From Clostridia bacterium (GTDB lineage: Bacteria > Bacillota > Clostridia > TANB77 > CAG-508), in NCBI GenBank assembly GCA_017524665.1, contig JAFXVF010000012.1, positions 32,495 to 96,494 on the forward strand: 64,000 bases of DNA, given 5' to 3'. Every line of letters starts with the position of its first letter. Positions within the stretch are counted from its first letter, which is position 1. Positions 40,561 to 50,463 of the stretch are shown here, piece by piece. Both the position numbers and the translations under genes were made by a program. The notes below the pieces were generated by a model. It did no database searches. It had not been told where the DNA came from and worked only from the letters and a program-made list of their open reading frames with translations.

Positions 40561-41785
40561 CTATTTATTTTGATTTAAATATAAAGCTCTTGCTGTTTCT
40601 GGGCTATCTGCACCTTCAGCATTTTTTACTGGTGCAAATTCCTCATCTCTTACAGCTCTCATTATTAATATGTCATCAAGTAAACTAAATGCATCAAATA
40701 TAAAGCTTTCAAACTTATATGCATTTGGTTCTGTTGGTTCTACTAGCTTTCCTGTTTCATCAATATAACTTGCTTTTTTAAATGCTACATGATATGGTAA
40801 TTTTTCTTTTCCAATTCTGTCTAGGATTTCAATGTTAAACAAATTGCACATAATATGTGCTTCTCCAAAAAATAGTTCACCATTTGAATCTCTTTTTTGT
40901 GCCATTTCTTCTGGTAATTCACTATATTCTATTACACTAGGTTTTCCATTCCTTTTACAGAATACTCCTACTCTTTCTGCAGGATTTAGTTTTGCAACAG
41001 TTTTTGAAGCTGCTAATTTATTTTGGCTAAATGTAATTCCTAAAAATAGACTATCTACCATTTTTAGAATTGCATTGTCAATTGATCCTATAAATAGCCA
41101 TTTCACTCCTTTTTCTTTCATGTCTGAAAGAATTCCTGAGTTAATCATAGAACTGAATATTCCACCGTTTCCATCAGCAGCTTGCTTGATTTTCCACTTT
41201 TCATCTAGCAATATTTTTTCATTTGTATCTATCATTGGTAGTTCGCCTTGCATAAAGAATTTGATGCTTTCTTTTGGGTATCCAAAATAGTTTTTACCTT
41301 CAAAGAAGCTTACAGTTGCATCATTGTTTTCCTTACTAGTCATTATATACCATGGTATTGTTATATTATATTTTTCGTTGGCTTTTTTTAATCCATCACA
41401 AAGAATTTCAAAAAGAGATTTTCCTGGTAGTAGTTCGAATGTTCCTTTAGGTCCGCTTATGTCCAAGTCTAGTGCCTTGTCCTCCAGCCATAGTAGCTAC
41501 TGCATATTCGCCAGCTTTAATAATATTATCTCCCATTCTTTCATATCTTTCTTTTTCTTCTTGAGATAATTTCATTTTATTTGTATATGCCATTGGTTCA
41601 ATTATATTATTCACAAGATTATTGTCTTTTTTTGTTTCTAAATATAGTTTATCAATTTGCTTAAAATCGATATTTTCAATTTGTGTATAGAGCATTTCCT
41701 TTTTTTCTTCTGAAATTTCATTAATAAAGTTTAATAAATGCTCTTGGCTGTATTGTTTTAGTGTGTTTCTTATTTCTTCTTCCAT
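40561..41785 (-). CDS. UDPGP-family (UAP1-like) UDP-GlcNAc/UDP-sugar pyrophosphorylase, about 407 aa, joined by a +1 shift at CGG 41453-41455
   Basis: MAGGQGTRLGHK[C]GPKG signature restored; WYIMTS, DGNGG, IEYSE, KFESFIFD, EFAPVKN. Confidence 0.92.
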
Positions 41786-41877
41786 AGTGACACCTCTTTT
41801 TATATAAAATTTTATAGACAGTCTAAAATAATATATCACTTTTTGTAGTTCTTGTCTAGCTTTTTATGTATATTATG

Positions 41878-41906
41878 TTGACTTTTCTGGTTAAATCAGC
41901 TATAAT
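41878..41906 (+). promoter_or_regulatory. Sigma-A promoter of the small GC-rich gene
   Basis: TTGACT-17-TATAAT. Confidence 0.8.
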
Positions 41907-41939
41907 TGATTGTATCAAATTTTTTGGAGGTGTCACATC

Positions 41940-42122
41940 ATGGGTAAACAGGCAACATGTGGAAAGTGCTTCCCCCCGAAGAACTGTGCGCAGTGCGCGC
42001 ATGGTGCGAAGATTCACGGGAAACACGGAGTCAAATCCGTGTGCACAATCCAGGGGAATAAACGGCCGCCGTTCGGGATTGCATCGTTCTGCAAGTCTAC
42101 GCAGAAGCGTAACAAGACCTGA
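41940..42122 (+). CDS. GC-rich 60-aa Cys/His/Lys-rich orphan protein
   Basis: GGAGGTG RBS; MGKQATCGKCFPPKNCAQCAHG...; hairpin terminator 42144-42170; one in-frame CGG at 42063. Confidence 0.6.
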   Translation: MGKQATCGKCFPPKNCAQCAHGAKIHGKHGVKSVCTIQGNKRPPFGIASFCKSTQKRNKT

Positions 42123-42215
42123 CGACCGTTACCTCCACGACCGGGGGCTGCTCGACTGGGCAGCTCCTTTCATATTTTTTTCCTTTGTACATATTAATTT
42201 ATTGGGTGAAATAAA

Positions 42216-43274
42216 TTGCATTGTACAAATTTTTTTGTAATAAAGCTAAAAAAAGTTATTCTTCCAACAATGTTTTGTTTATTTATTTTTTTTATGGTTC
42301 TTTTTTCAAAATCAAATATGTCAAGCTCAAAAGAAGGTTTGTATCTTTGGGCAAATACAATTGTTCCAACACTTCTTCCCTTTTTTATTGCAACAGAATT
42401 GCTTAGTCATACTTTTGTTGTAGGATTTTTAGGAAGAATTTTGAATCCTGTTATGAATCCTGTTTTTAATGTTCCTGGCGAAGGCGCATTTGCACTTATA
42501 ATAGGCATTATTAGTGGTTATCCAACTGGTGCAAAAATAGTTTCAAAATTTTATAAAGATAAAATATGCACAAAAATTGAAGCTGAAAGATTAATAGCAT
42601 TTACAAATAATTCTGGCCCACTATTTATCATAGGCACAGTTGGAATAAGTATGTTTGGAGATACAAGAACAGGCATACTTTTGCTTATAACACATATTTT
42701 AGCTTGTATTAGTGTTGGAATTTTGTTTAGATTTTGGAAAATAAATAAAGAAAAAAATGTCTCTGTTTTGCGCAATAAGTTTTTAATAAATAAATTAGAA
42801 AATTCTATAAGCTTTTCAAATTTAGGTGAAATATTAGCTTCTAGTATTATGAATTCAATTAACACTATTTTACTAATAGGTGGATTTGTTATGCTTTTTT
42901 CTGTAATAATATCAATGCTTACAAGAAGTCATATACTACCAATTTGTGCTTTCTTTTTAAAACCAATACTAAATGTATTTAAAATAAATCCTGAATTATC
43001 AAATGGAATAATAACTGGTATGCTTGAGCTTACAAACGGGTTAAACTCTATCTCTCACATTCCAATAAAGCAATTATCTCAAAGTGTGATAATTGCCAGT
43101 TTTCTAACTGGCTTTGGAGGGCTATCTGTTCTCTTACAAGTATATAGCATTATTTCAAAAGAAGGCCTTTCAATTAAACCTTATCTAATAGGCAAATTAC
43201 TGCATGGTATATTTGCTGCATTTTATACATACCTTTTCTTAAACTTCAGTAATTTTTTTAGATTAGATATATAA
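42216..43274 (+). CDS. ylbJ: Sporulation integral membrane protein YlbJ (start uncertain)
   Basis: PTLLPFFI, ISGYPTGAK, NNSGPLFIIGTVG, ELTNG, GFGGLSV. Confidence 0.9.
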   Translation: MHCTNFFVIKLKKVILPTMFCLFIFFMVLFSKSNMSSSKEGLYLWANTIVPTLLPFFIATELLSHTFVVGFLGRILNPVMNPVFNVPGEGAFALIIGIISGYPTGAKIVSKFYKDKICTKIEAERLIAFTNNSGPLFIIGTVGISMFGDTRTGILLLITHILACISVGILFRFWKINKEKNVSVLRNKFLINKLENSISFSNLGEILASSIMNSINTILLIGGFVMLFSVIISMLTRSHILPICAFFLKPILNVFKINPELSNGIITGMLELTNGLNSISHIPIKQLSQSVIIASFLTGFGGLSVLLQVYSIISKEGLSIKPYLIGKLLHGIFAAFYTYLFLNFSNFFRLDI

Positions 43275-43279
43275 CTATA

Positions 43280-43463
43280 AAAAGCTAACAATAATAAAAA
43301 TTCTGGAGAATCGAATGGAGCGAATCTGAATTAGGGACTGCTAATTAATTCGAGTAGGGAATCTCACGCCCCGTCCGTGAGGGCGCTGCGAGAAGGAATT
43401 TGCAGTCCCTATGAAGATTCTAACGACCGAGATTCAGAAGAATTTTTATTATTGTTAGCTTTT
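43280..43463. repeat. 184-bp nested inverted-repeat element (MITE-like or structured RNA)
   Basis: 25-bp perfect terminal IR aaaagctaacaataataaaaattct; inner stems gaatct/agattc, tagggactgc/gcagtcccta, ctcacg/cgtgag. Confidence 0.75.
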
Positions 43464-43483
43464 ATTATATATATTTTTTTAAA

Positions 43484-44869
43484 TTACTGAAGTTTAAGAA
43501 AAGCTTCATATGTCCTGTATGCTTCGTATACGTCAAATTTGCTTGTAACTTCATAAGGTGAATGCATTGAAAGAACTGGAACGCCACAGTCAATTACATC
43601 TACACCCTTGTTAGCTAAAATGTATGCAATAGTGCCTCCGCCTCCAACATCAACTTTTCCAAGTTCAGAAACTTGATATGCAATATTGTTATCTTCAAGC
43701 ATTTTTCTAACTTCTGCAACATATTCAGCATTTGCATCAGAAGCACCAGCTTTACCTCTTGCTCCTGTATATTTGTTTAATCCAACGCCTCTTCCTAAAA
43801 ATGCAGAATTGTTAACCTCTGAAACACTACTATAAATTGGGTCATATCCAGCATCAACATCAGCAGATAACATTCTTGAATTGCAGAAAACTCTATCTAA
43901 TAAATTAGGTCTGTTCTCTCCTACTTTATCTAAAAGCTCTGCAATAAATGTATCAAAAACGTGAGATTCCATGCCGGTATTTCCCATACTGCCTATTTCT
44001 TCTTTGTCTGATAAAATGCAAATTGCAGTCTTTTTAGGATGCTCTATATTTAAAATACCACGAAGAGATGTATAGCTACAAATCTTGTCATCTTGTCCAT
44101 ATCCTGCTATCATGCTTCTATCAAGTCCTAATGTTTTTGCATTAAATGCAGGAACTATTTCTAATTCAGCACTTAATAAATCTGCTTCAACTATTCCATA
44201 TTTTTCATTTAACAATTTTAAAATATTATATTTAACTTTTTCTTTTGCATCTTTTTCATTAGCTGGAATGCTTCCTGCTAATAGGTTTAAGGCTTCTCCT
44301 GAAACTCCATCCTTTAATTTCTTTTCCATCTGCTCTTGAGCTAAATGAGGAAGTAAATCAGTTATAACAAAAACTGGGTCTTCTTCAGCTTCTCCAATAT
44401 TTACTTTTACCTTTTCTCCATTTGTCTTTACAATAACACCATGAATGCTTAAAGGAATAGTAGTCCATTGATATTTTTTAATTCCACCATAATAATGTGT
44501 TTTAAAATATGCAAAACCATTTTCTTCATATAATGGATTTGGTTTTAAATCTAGCCTTGGTGAATCAACATGTGCTCCAACAATGTTTAATCCTTTTTCC
44601 ATTTTTTCTTCGCCAATAACTGCTATATATAAGCTTTTTCCACGGTTGCAATAATATACTTTGTCTCCAGCTTTTAGTTCTTCTAATTTTTCAACATTAA
44701 CAAAACCATTTTTTTCTAGTATTTCTGTTGTTTCTGAAACGATTTCTCTCTCAGTTTTACCATTGTTTAAGAAATACATATATTCATCTGCAAATTTATA
44801 AATTTTTTCTTTTAGTTCATTATCAACTTTTTCCCATCCCGTTTTTTTCTCATTAACTAAATTATCCAT
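43484..44869 (-). CDS. M18-family aminopeptidase
   Basis: GAHVDSPRLDLK, THYYGGIKKYQW, YGQDD, DKEEIGS, SMHSP. Confidence 0.93.
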   Translation of the reverse strand: MDNLVNEKKTGWEKVDNELKEKIYKFADEYMYFLNNGKTEREIVSETTEILEKNGFVNVEKLEELKAGDKVYYCNRGKSLYIAVIGEEKMEKGLNIVGAHVDSPRLDLKPNPLYEENGFAYFKTHYYGGIKKYQWTTIPLSIHGVIVKTNGEKVKVNIGEAEEDPVFVITDLLPHLAQEQMEKKLKDGVSGEALNLLAGSIPANEKDAKEKVKYNILKLLNEKYGIVEADLLSAELEIVPAFNAKTLGLDRSMIAGYGQDDKICSYTSLRGILNIEHPKKTAICILSDKEEIGSMGNTGMESHVFDTFIAELLDKVGENRPNLLDRVFCNSRMLSADVDAGYDPIYSSVSEVNNSAFLGRGVGLNKYTGARGKAGASDANAEYVAEVRKMLEDNNIAYQVSELGKVDVGGGGTIAYILANKGVDVIDCGVPVLSMHSPYEVTSKFDVYEAYRTYEAFLKLQ

Positions 44870-44990
44870 TTATTTAACCTCTCTTTCGTATTTTAAAAAA
44901 TTATATCACTAATTATTTTTCATAACAAGACTATAAAAATAACTATTTAATAATTATTTTTATGCAAAATGTAAAATTTATTCAAAATAA

Positions 44991-46296
44991 TTATTTGATT
45001 ACACCTAAAATGGTAGGCATGTTTTCTGTCTTTTCTATTGAAAAACTATATGCATCTTTTAAATCATTTGATGCTTTTTCTGCCTTTTCAATACTATTTG
45101 CATAAACTATTGCTAAAGTGTCTCCAACTTTGACTTCATCTCCAACTTTTTTTCTAAATGAAATTCCAACGTCTTTTTCAACATCATCTTCTTTGTTTGT
45201 TCTTCCTGCGCCTAGCAAAACAGATATCTCTCCAACTTTTCTTGCATCAAGGCTTTTTACATATCCGCTTTCTTTTGATGTAACCTCAATTTCGTATTTT
45301 GCTTTTTCAAAAAGAGATGTATCTTCAATATATTCTACAAGCCCACCCTGTCTTTCAACTAGCTCTTTCCATTTCTCGTAAGCTTTTCCGGTTATATATT
45401 TGTTCCTCTATTTTTCTTTTATTTGTTTCTGTATCTGCTCCAAATCCCGCCATTTCTAGCATGTATGAACCTAATGTGCATACAACTTCTTTAACATCAT
45501 TACTAATGTTACCTTTTAAACATTCGGTTGCTTCTATTACCTCAAGTGAATTTCCGACATTAATTCCAAGTGGTTCATTCATATTAGTTAGAACACATAC
45601 TACGTCTTTTCCTGCGAGTTTTCCAATAGATATCATTTGATTGCAAAGTTTAGTTGCTTCTTCTACAGTTTGCATAAATGCACCGCTTCCAACCATTACC
45701 TCTAAAACAATTTTATTTGCACCACTTGCTATTTTTTTACTCATAATGCTTGAAGCAATAAGTGGGATGTTATCTACGCATCCTATTGCATCTCTTAAGG
45801 CATATATTTTTTTATCTGCTGGAGCAAGATCTCCTGTTTGGCTTGCTAAACTTATTCCAATATTCTTTACGTTTTCTTTTATTTCATCTATGTCTAGCCA
45901 AATTCTATATCCTGGTATAGATTCTAATTTATCAGCAGTTCCCCCTGTAAAGCCTAATCCTCTTCCAGACATTTTTACAACTGGAATTCCTAAAGAAGCA
46001 ATAATAGGCATTAATACTAGTGTAATTTTATCTCCTACTCCTCCTGTACTATGTTTGTCAACAATATTTTCTGAAATATCACTTAAGTCCATAACGTCAC
46101 CTGACGCTGCCATTGCAAGAGTAATGTTTGTTGTTTCTTCTTCTGTCATCCCATTTAAATAAATTGCCATAATTAGTGCTGCTGCATGATAATCAGTGAT
46201 ATTGCCATTAGTATATTCATTTATAAAGTATTTAATCTCTTCTTTTGTGAGCTCTCCTTTGTCTCTTTTCTTGATTATTATTTCTTGAATATTCAT
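44991..46296 (-). CDS. pdp: Pyrimidine-nucleoside phosphorylase, about 434 aa, joined by a +1 shift at CGG 45388-45390
   Basis: DKHSTGGVGDK, MSGRGLGFTGGT, SSIMSKK; IYN[C]GKAYEKWKELVERQGG; LGAGR...KKVGD. Confidence 0.93.
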
Positions 46297-46309
46297 TTTT
46301 TCACCTGCC

Positions 46310-46943
46310 TTAATTCAAATTCATTGAAGTTAAAAAGCTTTTTCTGTGTAATGGGCAAGTCCCATTTTGCCTAATAGCTTCTATATGTGCAGCTGTACCA
46401 TATCCTTTATGTTTTGCAAATCCATATGTAGGATATACTTCATCCCATTGTCTCATTATTCTATCCCTTGTAACCTTTGCTACAATTGAAGCAGCAGCAA
46501 TGCTGTAACTTTTTGCATCTCCTTTTATAATTGATGTATATGAAATTCCTAATGTATCTATGCCTGTAAGTGCATCAACTAAAATTTCTTCTGGCTTTGT
46601 AGTAAGGCTTTCTATTGCCATAGTTACTGCTTTTTTTGTTGCATTTAAAATATTAATTTCATCTATTTCGTGTTGATCAACTATGCCAACTCCCCAGCAA
46701 ATTGCCTCTTTGGTAATTATCTCATACAATTCTTCTCTCTTTTTTTCAGATACCTTTTTAGAATCATTAACACCTTCTATAAAAGAATAAGCCGGCATTA
46801 TAACACAGCCGGACAACAACTGGACCAGCAAGTGGGCCTCTGCCCGCTTCATCTATTCCAGCTAAATATTTTATTCCTTTTTTAAAAAATTCATTATCTA
46901 TTTGTTTTAAATTATTTAGTCTCTCTATCTCCTTGTCTTTCAT
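46310..46943 (-). CDS. rnhB: Ribonuclease HII, about 210 aa, joined by a +1 shift at CGG 46809-46811
   Basis: AAGGAG RBS and ATG 46943; [17 protein letters not shown][C]GCVIMP...[29 protein letters not shown]. Confidence 0.94.
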
Positions 46944-46956
46944 TTGTTTCTCCTTT

Positions 46957-47439
46957 TTAGTTTGTTAGAGCTTCTATGCTTTCTTCTTCCTTTTTGTCTT
47001 GTAGTTCTTTTATTTCAGATAATTTATAGTATGTTTCGCCTTCTTTAGTTGTAAGTCCTTTTGAATAAATTATCTCTTCTGTTTCATAATTAACTAAGAA
47101 ATATTCTCCTTCTTCTAATTGAATATCAGAAAGTCCTATTTCATTTAAAATTTCTTGATTCCATTTATAGTACTTTTCAGCTTCGGTTGCATTAAATTTT
47201 TCGTCCATTTCTTCTTGTGTCATTTGAGTTCCTTTTAGTCCGTTATTGTTATCTACATGGTATTTTTCAAATATAACTTTTGCTTTTGCCTGAACCTGTA
47301 ACATTTGTGTTTTAATATCTTCTACATTTTCTTTTTTTAATTCTTCCTTAACTAGTCGTGAACCAAATATTACTATTGCAATTATTAATACTACTCCGAT
47401 AATTAGCCAAATAATTGAAACTCCGTTTTTATTGTTCAT
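46957..47439 (-). CDS. Pilin-like protein
   Basis: KNG|[10 protein letters not shown] hydrophobic helix; [16 protein letters not shown] shared with the upstream paralog. Confidence 0.7.
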   Translation of the reverse strand: MNNKNGVSIIWLIIGVVLIIAIVIFGSRLVKEELKKENVEDIKTQMLQVQAKAKVIFEKYHVDNNNGLKGTQMTQEEMDEKFNATEAEKYYKWNQEILNEIGLSDIQLEEGEYFLVNYETEEIIYSKGLTTKEGETYYKLSEIKELQDKKEEESIEALTN

Positions 47440-47455
47440 TCTTTCCCTCCTAACT

Positions 47456-47930
47456 TTATGTACCGCTTCGTATTTCTCCGTCCTAGTTCTGATAGTCTAT
47501 GTAATATTTCTCCATCAGATTCTATACCTACAGAATAGATTACTTCAAGCGTTTTGTAATTAACCGCATAGGCTTCAGTTTCACTAAGTAATATTGAACT
47601 AAGCCCTAAAGTTGCTAAATCCGTTTGGCTTAATATATATAAATATCCTTGAGTTTTCTCTAACTGAGTCAATATGTTTTCAAATTTTGTTTTTTCACTT
47701 GATTGTGCATAAGGTGTGCCAACATAATATGAATTGCTACCATAAAAGTCTGCTTTATCGCTTATTATTCTTATTTGATTTTGTATTAAAACCATATTTG
47801 TTATAATCTTTTGGTTTTGTGTGGTTTTTATTATGTTGCTTGTTCCCATTGATGCTCCTAATAGTATAATCATTACCATAACAGTAATGCCAAGAGCTAC
47901 AAGAGTTATACCTTTTTCAGTTTTCCACAT
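47456..47930 (-). CDS. Pilin-like protein. In-frame CGG at 47478-47480; stop at 47456 if shifted +1, at 47436 if read through
   Basis: EKG|ITLVALGITV; YAVNYKTLEVIYSVG. Confidence 0.75.
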
Positions 47931-48099
47931 TGCTTCAATTCCTCCTTTGTTTTTTACATTATATCTTTTTTATGCGTTTTTTTCAATACAAAAATAAAAT
48001 ATAATTGTTACTCTTTTTTCACATTTTTTTCACATTACTATTGTATTATAATGAAAGTTTAGGTTAATATATAATTAACAATTTTAGTGGAGGTATCAT

Positions 48100-49311
48100 A
48101 TGGAAGAAAATGAAAATTCATACAGAAAAGTAGTTATGGAATCTGATAAAAAGTCATCAGGTTTTGGCAAAAGTGTTTTAGTACCATTTGCAAGTGGAGT
48201 AATTGGAGCAACGTTAGTAGTAGGAACATGTTTTGGTGTCCCTTCTATTAGAGAAAAGCTTATGTCTAATCAAAAAACAGAACAAATTGTTTCTGCATCA
48301 CCAAGCTCATCTGAAATAAGCTCTTCAAGTGCAAATTTAATATCACTGTCTAATTATTCTGACACATCAATTGCTGTTGCAGCTAAAGTACAGCCATCTG
48401 TTGTTGGTATTAAAGTTGAATACAATGTAAGTAGTATATTTTATAGGCAGTCTTCTACTGCATCAGCTTCAGGCTCTGGTGTAATAATTTCAGAAGATGG
48501 TTATATATTAACAAATAATCACATTGTAAATACTTCATCAAGTTCATCTTTTTATCAGCTTTCAGAAGCAACTAAAGTTATTGTTTATTTATATGGTGAT
48601 GATACAGAATATGAAGCAGAAATAGTTGGAACAGATTCAGTTACAGATTTAGCAGTTATTAAAATTGATAAAACTGGCTTAACTCCTGCAACTTTAGGAA
48701 ATTCAGATGCAGTAAAAGTTGGAGAATATACTATGGCTGTAGGAAATCCTCTTGGGATGCAAAACAGTGTTACATGTGGTATTGTAAGTGCAGTTAACCG
48801 TGAAGTTGAAGATGAGGACGGGAAAAAATATATACTTATCCAAACAGATGCTGCAATTAACTCTGGTAACAGTGGTGGTGCTCTTGCCAATAGTAAAGGT
48901 GAAGTTATTGGAATTAATACTTTGAAATTATATGGCACAGGTGTTGAAGGTCTAGGATTTGCTATTCCTATTAATAGTACTATAGATATTGCAAATCAGC
49001 TTATTCAATATAATAAAGTAAAAAGGCCATATATTGGAATTACTGGAATAGATTTAGATGAAGATACTGCAAAAAAATATAATTATCCGGTTGGAGTCTA
49101 TGTTCGTTCTGTAGAAGATTTCTCAGCTGCTCAAAAAGCTGAAATTAAAGTTGGAGACGTAATCGTCGCAGTCAATGGAAAAGAAGTAAAAACGATGGAT
49201 GAAATAAATGAGATAAAAAATACATTCCAAATCGGTGATGAAATTACTCTTAAAGTAGTTCGTGAAGGCAAAGAAATGGAATTTAAGATTACTCTTACAG
49301 AGCAACCATAA
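48100..49311 (+). CDS. htrA: HtrA-family serine protease with PDZ domain
   Basis: GSGVII, TNNHIV, DLAVIK, QTDAAINSGNSGG. Confidence 0.94.
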   Translation: MEENENSYRKVVMESDKKSSGFGKSVLVPFASGVIGATLVVGTCFGVPSIREKLMSNQKTEQIVSASPSSSEISSSSANLISLSNYSDTSIAVAAKVQPSVVGIKVEYNVSSIFYRQSSTASASGSGVIISEDGYILTNNHIVNTSSSSSFYQLSEATKVIVYLYGDDTEYEAEIVGTDSVTDLAVIKIDKTGLTPATLGNSDAVKVGEYTMAVGNPLGMQNSVTCGIVSAVNREVEDEDGKKYILIQTDAAINSGNSGGALANSKGEVIGINTLKLYGTGVEGLGFAIPINSTIDIANQLIQYNKVKRPYIGITGIDLDEDTAKKYNYPVGVYVRSVEDFSAAQKAEIKVGDVIVAVNGKEVKTMDEINEIKNTFQIGDEITLKVVREGKEMEFKITLTEQP

Positions 49312-49474
49312 AAAATATATGCAAAATTATTACACTAAGTTCACACAATGTTCATAATCCATAATTATAATAATTTATAGAATCAATACTAAAGCAATAT
49401 TGATTTTAAATTTAAAAACATCCCCTTTTGTTTTTTTAAAATAACCGCTTCTATAAAAAGAAGCGGCTATTTTT

Positions 49475-50326
49475 TTAAAATATAATCATATCCATTTCAC
49501 TTGTAAAATTGTTATTTCCATATGCATATATTATATACAAATAGTCATTTTCATCCATAAAGAATGTATCTGTGTTTTCTGGTAAATAAATCTTACTATT
49601 TTTATCTCTAACATATACCTCAAATCCAGCTTTTGCAAAAGCTTCATTGTTCGTTATTACTTTTTCAATTTCATCAGTTACTTTATTATACACATCGTTT
49701 TTATTTAAATTTTTCTTGATTAAAAATGTTCCTAAAGTTACTTCTTGATCTGTAGCTATATTGTAATTATATGTTTTAATAATAACTCTTTGTGAATAGT
49801 CTAGTTCTTTCAAAGTTGCTTTAATTACAATTGATAAAATATCGTCTTTCAAATATGCAACATAGTCTAAGTTATATATACTTAACGCATCCTTAGAAAG
49901 AATTACAGTATTTACTTTGCTACCAAATATGTTATCAATTTCTTTGTTTATTTTCTTTGCTACTTCACTGTCTATATTAATAGCAGGTATGTTTACATTA
50001 ATATCATATTTATTTTCACTGTATAAATCTATTTCATATGCTGTATATACAATGTCTTTTGTTTCATCACTCTTATTAACCTCTACTTGCTCTCCAAGAG
50101 GCATTTTTACAGTATTATTGAATATAGAATTAAATTTCACCTTTAGTTCTTCATATTCACTTTCCTGATGTTCTTCTGTTTGGCTTGTTTCAGACCAATT
50201 TATACGTTTATCATTTGAACTAAAAAATTGGAAATATATTGAAACACCTATTATAATTACACATGCAATTGCAATTATGGTATATAGTATTAATCTTTTA
50301 TTTGTTATACTATTCATTATAGACAT
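49475..50326 (-). CDS. Membrane-anchored hypothetical protein (RsiV/DUF3298-like)
   Basis: N-terminal TM segment; NIPAINI..INKEI, ILSIVI, TYNYN. Confidence 0.6.
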   Translation of the reverse strand: MSIMNSITNKRLILYTIIAIACVIIIGVSIYFQFFSSNDKRINWSETSQTEEHQESEYEELKVKFNSIFNNTVKMPLGEQVEVNKSDETKDIVYTAYEIDLYSENKYDINVNIPAINIDSEVAKKINKEIDNIFGSKVNTVILSKDALSIYNLDYVAYLKDDILSIVIKATLKELDYSQRVIIKTYNYNIATDQEVTLGTFLIKKNLNKNDVYNKVTDEIEKVITNNEAFAKAGFEVYVRDKNSKIYLPENTDTFFMDENDYLYIIYAYGNNNFTSEMDMIIF

Positions 50327-50393
50327 ATTATTTCTCCTTTTTCTAATATATTTTTAGTATAGCATTATGCAAATGGTTTTTCAAGTCTTTTCC

Positions 50394-50422
50394 TTGACTA
50401 TTAATATAAATTAGAGTATGAT
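50394..50422 (+). promoter_or_regulatory. Sigma-A promoter of the clp-pgsA genes
   Basis: TTGACT-17-TATGAT. Confidence 0.7.
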
Positions 50423-50463
50423 TAAATAGATAGTTTATATTAAAAAAGGAGATTATAAATAAA

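Noticed and set aside
41866-42240. 124-aa ORF as the real gene
   Set aside because: It starts upstream of the promoter and runs through the terminator. The RBS favours ATG 41940 in another frame.
46310-46852. ORF-track N-termini such as MKRAEAHLL (rnhB), MHFGY (spoVAC), MDIS (UAP), MLHF (comEC), MKKF (35429)
   Set aside because: No RBS and no homology. They are the +1 frame upstream of each CGG junction.
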